Source: Tubulanus polymorphus
Taxonomy: Eukaryota > Animalia > Nemertea
DNA length: 64,000 nt
Assembly (NCBI RefSeq): GCF_964204645.1
Contig: NC_134026.1
Location: forward strand, 10,563,950 to 10,627,949
Reading direction: 5' to 3'
Under the pieces are notes generated by a model. That model ran no database searches. It worked only from the letters and a program-made list of their open reading frames with translations, and was not told the origin of the DNA. Shown here one piece after another: positions 61,881 through 64,000 of the stretch. Each line of letters begins with the position of its first letter. The first letter of the stretch is position 1. Made by a program: the position numbers and the translations under genes.

Positions 61881-64000
61881 CGACAAAACCACGGGCGACA
61901 AAACCAAAATTATGAATTGTCGCGGGTGACAAAACCAAAATATTGAAATTGTCACGGGCGACAAAACAAAAATAATGAATTGTCGCGGGCGATAAAACCA
62001 AAATAATGAATTGTCGCGGGCGATAAAACCACAATAATGAATTGTCGCGGGCGTTAAAACCAAAATATTGAATTGTTGCGGGCGATAAAACCAAAATAAT
62101 GAATTGTCGCGGACGACAAAAACAAACTATTGAATTGTTGCGTGCGACAAAACCAAAATAATGAATTGTCGCGGGCGACAAAACCAAACTAGGGGTCCAG
62201 GGACACCATGCTCACTTGGGCAGTGGTTTCAAATGCTCAACAATCTAACAATTTGAATACTAACGCCCTCTAGTGACCATATACAAAATCCCATGACCTT
62301 GAAACCCACCACAATCATAGAACATGTGAGCAGCTATGATTTTGTAATTGATTGTGATAACAAAATAAGCCTCGTTACCAATTTAATATGAAAATACTAA
62401 GTTATTCTACTATTCAACGCCCCCTGGTGACCATATGCAAAACCCAATGACCTTAAAACTCACCGCAATCGTAGTACATGTCATGAAATACAACTTTGCA
62501 ATTGATCATAGTAACAAAATATGCCTAGGTACCAATCTAATAAGGGAATACTAAGCCATTCTACTATTCAGCGCCCCCTGGTGACTATATGGAATAACTA
62601 ATGTCCTTAAAAACTCACCACAATCATAGACGATGTCATGAACTACAACTTTGCAATGGATCATGGTAACAAATTATGCCTAGGTACCAATCTAATAAGG
62701 AAAAACTAAGCTTTTCTACTATTCAACGCCCCTGGTGACTATATGGAATAACTAATATCCTTAAAAACTCACCACAATCATAGACGATGTCACGAACTAC
62801 AACTTTGCCATTGATCATGGTAACAAAATATGCCTTGGTACAAATATAATATAGCGATACTAAGTTATTGTATTATTCAACGCCCCCTGATGGCCACATA
62901 CAAAAACCAATGACCTTGAAACTCACCAAAATCATAGAACACGTTATGGGCTACAACTTTCCAATTGAATATAGTAACACAATATGCTTAGGTATCAATT
63001 TATTGTGGAAAAACTTTTTCCCACCTACGAATGAGTACTGATGACACCAAGATGGCTGCCAATTGCGTCATAATTGGCTGATCAAAAATACCTGTCCCAG
63101 GTATAAAACATCCCTCTCTAAAGAATATCTATCAGCAATTGCAATGAGAAATGGCAAACCAGAAGGAAGCTACAGGACCTAGAATTCTGGCCAAAATTGA
63201 CATTTTTGGGCACTAAAAAGGTCATAGGACGGCCATCTTGAGTCAGATCGACCCAATTTTCTTATGCTGATGGGCCTTTGGTAGATTCAAATATAAACGA
63301 AAGATCAAGGTAATTGATCAAAGCGTCTTCAAAATTTTCTTCGGGCGACAAAACCAAAATAATGAATTGTCGCGGGCGATAAAAACCAAAATAATGAATT
63401 GTCTCGTGCAACAAAACCAAAATAATGAATTGTCGCGGGCAATAAAACCAAAATAATTAATTATCGCGGGCGATAAAACCAAAATATTGAATTGTCGCGG
63501 GCGATAAAACCAAAATAATGAATTGTCACGGGCGTTAAAACCAAAATATTGAATCGTCGCGGGCGATAAAACCAAAATAATGAATTGTCGCGGACGGCAA
63601 AAACAAAATATTGAATTGTTGCGTGCGACAAAACCAAAATAATGAAATGTCGCGGGCGACAAAACCAAACTAGGGGTCCAGGGACACCATGCTCACTTGG
63701 GAAGTGGTTTCAAATGCTCAACAATCTAACAATTTCAATACATAACGCCCTCTAGTGACCATATACACAAACCAATGACCTTGAAACACACCACAATCAT
63801 AGAACATGTGAGCAGCTATGATTTTGGAATTGGTTGTGATAACAAAATATGCCTCGTTACCAATTTAATATGGAAATACTAAGTTATTCTACTATTCAAC
63901 GCCCCCTGGTGACCATATGCAAAACCCAATGACCTTAAAACTCACCACAATCATAGTACATGTCATGAAATACAACTTTGCAATTGATCATAGTAACAAA
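61880..64000. repeat. Composite tandem repeat of about 1481-bp period: 31-bp minisatellite plus truncated family A element
   Basis: Minisatellite at 61880-62188 and 63342-63669. The family A end ctaggggtccagggacacc occurs at 62189 and 63670 with the same junction. The array runs off the window. Confidence 0.85.

Noticed and set aside
61880-63670. 31-bp repeats as a CRISPR array
   Set aside because: Units are directly adjacent with no unique spacers, there are no cas genes, and the context is eukaryotic. It is a minisatellite.

Overview
AT-rich, intron-containing animal genomic DNA. The repeat landscape resembles marine lophotrochozoans, but the organism is an inference. Four protein-coding genes could be rebuilt by hand from GT-AG splice sites, arranged as two head-to-head pairs. 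Pair 1 is TMEM65 (minus, 7 exons, about 259 aa) with PPT1 (plus, 10 exons including a 15-nt microexon, about 302 aa). Pair 2 is a LicD/fukutin-family nucleotidyltransferase with an intronless CDS (minus, about 323 aa) and a 14-exon secreted mosaic protein of about 1212 aa: signal peptide, 3 C-type lectin domains, 3 kringles, 3 C-type lectin domains. All six lectin domains lack the inner disulfide. The rest is dense with non-autonomous mobile DNA: several Helentron/HINE-like families, TIR MITEs with TA, TAA and 6-bp TSDs, an insertion with a 9-bp TSD, a decayed LINE split by a later insertion, a LINE RT fragment carried inside a repeat family, mini- and microsatellites, and three 31-33 bp palindromic micro-insertions with 7-8 bp TSDs that resemble P-element excision footprints. 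No rRNA, convincing tRNA or CRISPR array was found. Most ORFs in the supplied track are spurious.
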